Source: Lama glama
Lineage: Eukaryota
Assembly (NCBI GenBank): GCA_028534125.1
Contig: CM052817.1
Span: 99,698,001 to 99,762,000, forward strand
Reading direction: 5' to 3'
DNA length: 64,000 nucleotides
Shown: positions 61,091 to 64,000 of the stretch, in pieces
How the letters are laid out: each line of letters starts with the position of its first letter
How positions within the stretch are numbered: the first letter of the stretch is position 1
Translations under genes and position numbers: made by a program
Notes under the pieces: model-generated
Database searches by the model: none
Told to the model about the DNA's origin: nothing
Seen by the model: only the letters and a program-made list of their open reading frames with translations

Positions 61091-62714
61091 GGTTCTTTTA
61101 TTTGGAATGTATTCCTGTTTCTTCATTTTTCTTGACTTTCTGTGTTGGTTTCTATGTTTTAGATAAAATAGCCGCTTCTTCAGTCTTGAAGGAGTGACCT
61201 TGTGTGGGACATGAACCTTATTGTTCAACACTGCCCTTAGCTATCTAGCTCTTGGTTGTCTCTCAAAACTTTGTGATTGTTCAAGCAACCTACTTTAGTT
61301 TTAGTGGCTCCCAGTAGTTGAAGTTGTGCCCAAGGGGAGGTTCTCAATCAATGCCTAGGTTCAGGCTGATTGGAAACCAGACTCTGAGGTTTGTTTTTAA
61401 AGTATGCAAATATATACAGTCCTGTGGGACCACATATATATATATCCTGCTGGCACCAGAGCTAGGTGATCTAGAGGTGTCCCTTAGTGGTAGCTACAAA
61501 ATTGGGGCACCAGAGGAAGGTACTTTCTCCTTTCTGGGTGATACCAGTGAGCTGCAGTAGGAAGAAAGAGAGCACAAAGATGCACCTGCTGGCCTCCATC
61601 TTTGGAAAGTAACCCAGTAGGTCCTTAGACGTGTGTTAAATTAGATGTCTGCCCCTTAGTCCAATGCTTTAATAATCAAACAAGCTTCTTTCACATAAGA
61701 TCTGGACACTTCACAATTGGTTGCCTCTCTGCTGGTATATGGGGTGGGTGAGTCTGAATGAACTAGCCCATTTTTAAGAGTTTTTTCTCAGATCACTGTA
61801 GCCTGGCAGGTCTCATGGATGTGAGTCCCATTAGTTTTCAAACTAGATGTTTGGTGGGGTGGCTCATATGTCTCAGATGCAGGTATTAAAAGTTAAAAGT
61901 ACCTGATGGGGTTCAAACTCTTAGCTCCCCAGGGAGAAGCTCTGGGTTTTGAGTTCCCTCCTGATTTCGGGTTACCACACCACCATTGGTTTTGAGCCTC
62001 TTCTACCCACTTCAGTGTGATTTTTTTCTCATTTGCCTGATGTGTAGGAGTTGCTTGGTAGTTATTGTTTTTCCAGAGGAAATTGTTCATATGTAGCTAT
62101 AGATTTAGTGTGTCTGAGAGAGGAGGTGAGTTTAGGATCTTCCTTTGTCACTATCCTGAACTGAAATTTTCAAATATGGGTTTTTGAGACCTTCCCAGAT
62201 AGTACCAGCTAAAATTACTACCCTTTAAAAATGTCCTATAACTCTAATCATATTAAACCTTATTTATAGTGGTTAGGGCTGATAGTTTATTTTCCTTACT
62301 GGATTACAATCGTGAAGATGATGCTGTGTTCATTTTTATGACTCCCTCAAGGACTAATGGAATGTTTGGAATTTGGTGGGTTCCTGAACTGTGTGTAAAA
62401 TATTGAGAGGCAGCAAGGGAAGGAAGAAAATAAATGTATCTATACACACACACACAGTATCTTCCTTATCCTCAAAGCATATAGTTTATAAAGAAATATA
62501 GTTGCATTCATATTTCATGCATTAAACCGGAGACTTCAGGTTCTAAATAAGATGGTAAACTAAAAATGGTTGCTGGCTCTCTCTCATGTACAATTCTGGA
62601 GATGTCAGAAAGGAAATCTCCACAATCTGGAATAAAAGGGGAAAATTTCAACCTAATGAAGGACAGTAACCAAAAATCTACAGCAAATATCACGTTTATC
62701 AGAATCTCTAGATG

Positions 62715-63115
62715 TGATATTATCTAGGCATGTGTTTGCCATACGTAAATGAAACCCAAACAGCAGTGGTATAAACACACAGGGATTGCTTTTTCCTCAT
62801 AACAGACAGGAGGTCCGAGGATGGGCAGCACAACCTCATAAAGCATCAGTGGTGCACAGCCTCATAAAGCATCAGTGTTCTAGGTCCCTTCCACCATCTC
62901 ACACACTCAGCTTTCATTCTCAGCTTCTTAAGGTGCTTTCTGCCCCTCTAGGTAACCACCATCCAGACAGGAGGAAGGGGATGGAGAGAAGGGTAAAGGG
63001 ATGAGGACCAAGCCAGCTGGGCTTTCTGAAAGCACACACCGGTTTGTCCTCCTAACATCCCATTGGCTTGGACTGTGTTACACAACCACCTTTAGTTGCA
63101 AAGGCAGCTGCATAT
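62715..63115 (-). mobile_element. Old MaLR LTR (MLT1J/L-like) among degraded L1 ORF2 pieces (62520-62700, 63290-63420, 63810-64000)
   Basis: AAACCCAAACAGCAGTGGTATAAAC..TTTTCCTCATAACAG; CCCATTGGC..CACCTTTAGTTGCAAAGGCAGCTG. Confidence 0.55.
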
Positions 63116-64000
63116 TGTTTCTATAAACAAAATTGGTTTCTGGTAGAAAGCGAAAAATAGAGACTTGAAATTGGATTGACAACGGGTAGTTTCTGCTTTG
63201 TATTTGCTTTAGGTTTGAGAAAAACACAGTGATCCACACCATGACCACTACCTTTCAAATTAGTATTTGACGGCTTGGCCATTGCAAAAAGACAAAAAAA
63301 AAAAAAGTGACATATCACTGTCATATTTCTGCTACAAACTGCAGAAACTATATCTAGCTGGCTTAAAAGAAAGTAACTTATTAAGCAATATTAATTACCT
63401 TATTGAGTCTATAAAGCTGACCACAGATGCAAATTTGGAGCCTACGCAACTAGGAACAACACCCAAATCCAGATCTGCTCCTCACAACTCTACCAATCTG
63501 GGTACTGGGTGTTACTGGGTGTTACGGGGTACTGGCAAAAATTTCTGCCACAAGCCAATCTGTGTCTTCTGCCTCTCTTCTGCAATGACTCCTCATAGAG
63601 CTTTATTCTTTACTTCATCAATCTCCCTTTCAAAGTCTGCATTCTAGTTGCACAGGAGTCTGGAAAAAGCAAATTTCTGTCTCTTGTCATGGGAGCTGGG
63701 AATTTATCAGGAGAGAAACCTCTTTGAATATCTAGGAAGGATATTTAAACATGCTAGGTGGCTGGAAAGAGTGATAAATATCTGTTACAACATAGAAGGA
63801 TGGGAAAGAAAGGGACAAAATTCTCATTTTCAGATGTTTATCTTTTACATAAATACCTCTTCAATTCAATCAATCTTTAGAACTAATAAGAGAGTTCAGC
63901 CAGACAGCCAGATATGTGATCAATATATAAAAATTCACTCCTCTTTAACAACAGCAACCAATTAGAAATTTTAACACAAGATATTTTAATAGCAACAAAA

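Larger units (their letters stand above)
56070..62168 (-). mobile_element. Near full-length decayed L1 (L1MA9-like 3' end): 5'-UTR, ORF1, ORF2 with an RT-region deletion, 3'-UTR
   Basis: ORF1 remnants (FPNLGKEIDIQIQEAHKVPNKVNPKRPIPRYI..GTPIRLSDFSAE, 60370-60600); ORF2 pieces ([14 protein letters not shown], 57119-57361); deletion junction ~58185; 5' end GAAGATCCTAAACTCACCTCCTC on the minus strand. Confidence 0.95.

Noticed and set aside
63499..63536. Short repeat (GTTACTGGGT-like) and other micro-duplications (23931-23975, 62835-62877)
   Set aside because: Two to four short units consistent with slippage; no spacer-repeat (CRISPR-like) organisation, and the DNA is mammalian.

Overview
Mammalian genomic DNA, probably camelid (alpaca/camel), judged from the tRNA-derived SINE with a GGGGGAGGGTATAGCT head and the cetartiodactyl-type L1 3' ends. 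The only protein-coding sequence I can support is the first coding exon (7464->7353, minus strand, 112 nt, phase 1) of what I recognise from memory as the long isoform of SH3D19. It lies in a CpG island with a (CCG)11 5'-UTR repeat. Positions 1-7352 are therefore its intron 1, and 8-64 kb is repeat-rich upstream/intergenic DNA: L1, L2, MIR, MaLR, ERV1 and ERV-L LTRs, hAT MITEs and SINEs, with two 100-N assembly gaps. Nearly all ORFs in the supplied track are chance ORFs or decayed L1/ERV frames. I found no convincing new biological system. The best oddities are retrotransposition fossils: a TSD-flanked U6-L1 chimera, a tailless internally primed L1 fragment, an unexplained ~280 bp CpG-retaining insert inside an L1 ORF1, a possible 3' transduction, and an ERV-L integrase/dUTPase remnant joined to its LTR16. 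There is also a ~124 bp degenerate palindrome and two orphan promoter-like patches. Repeat family names come from remembered consensus motifs, not a search, and most repeat boundaries are approximate.
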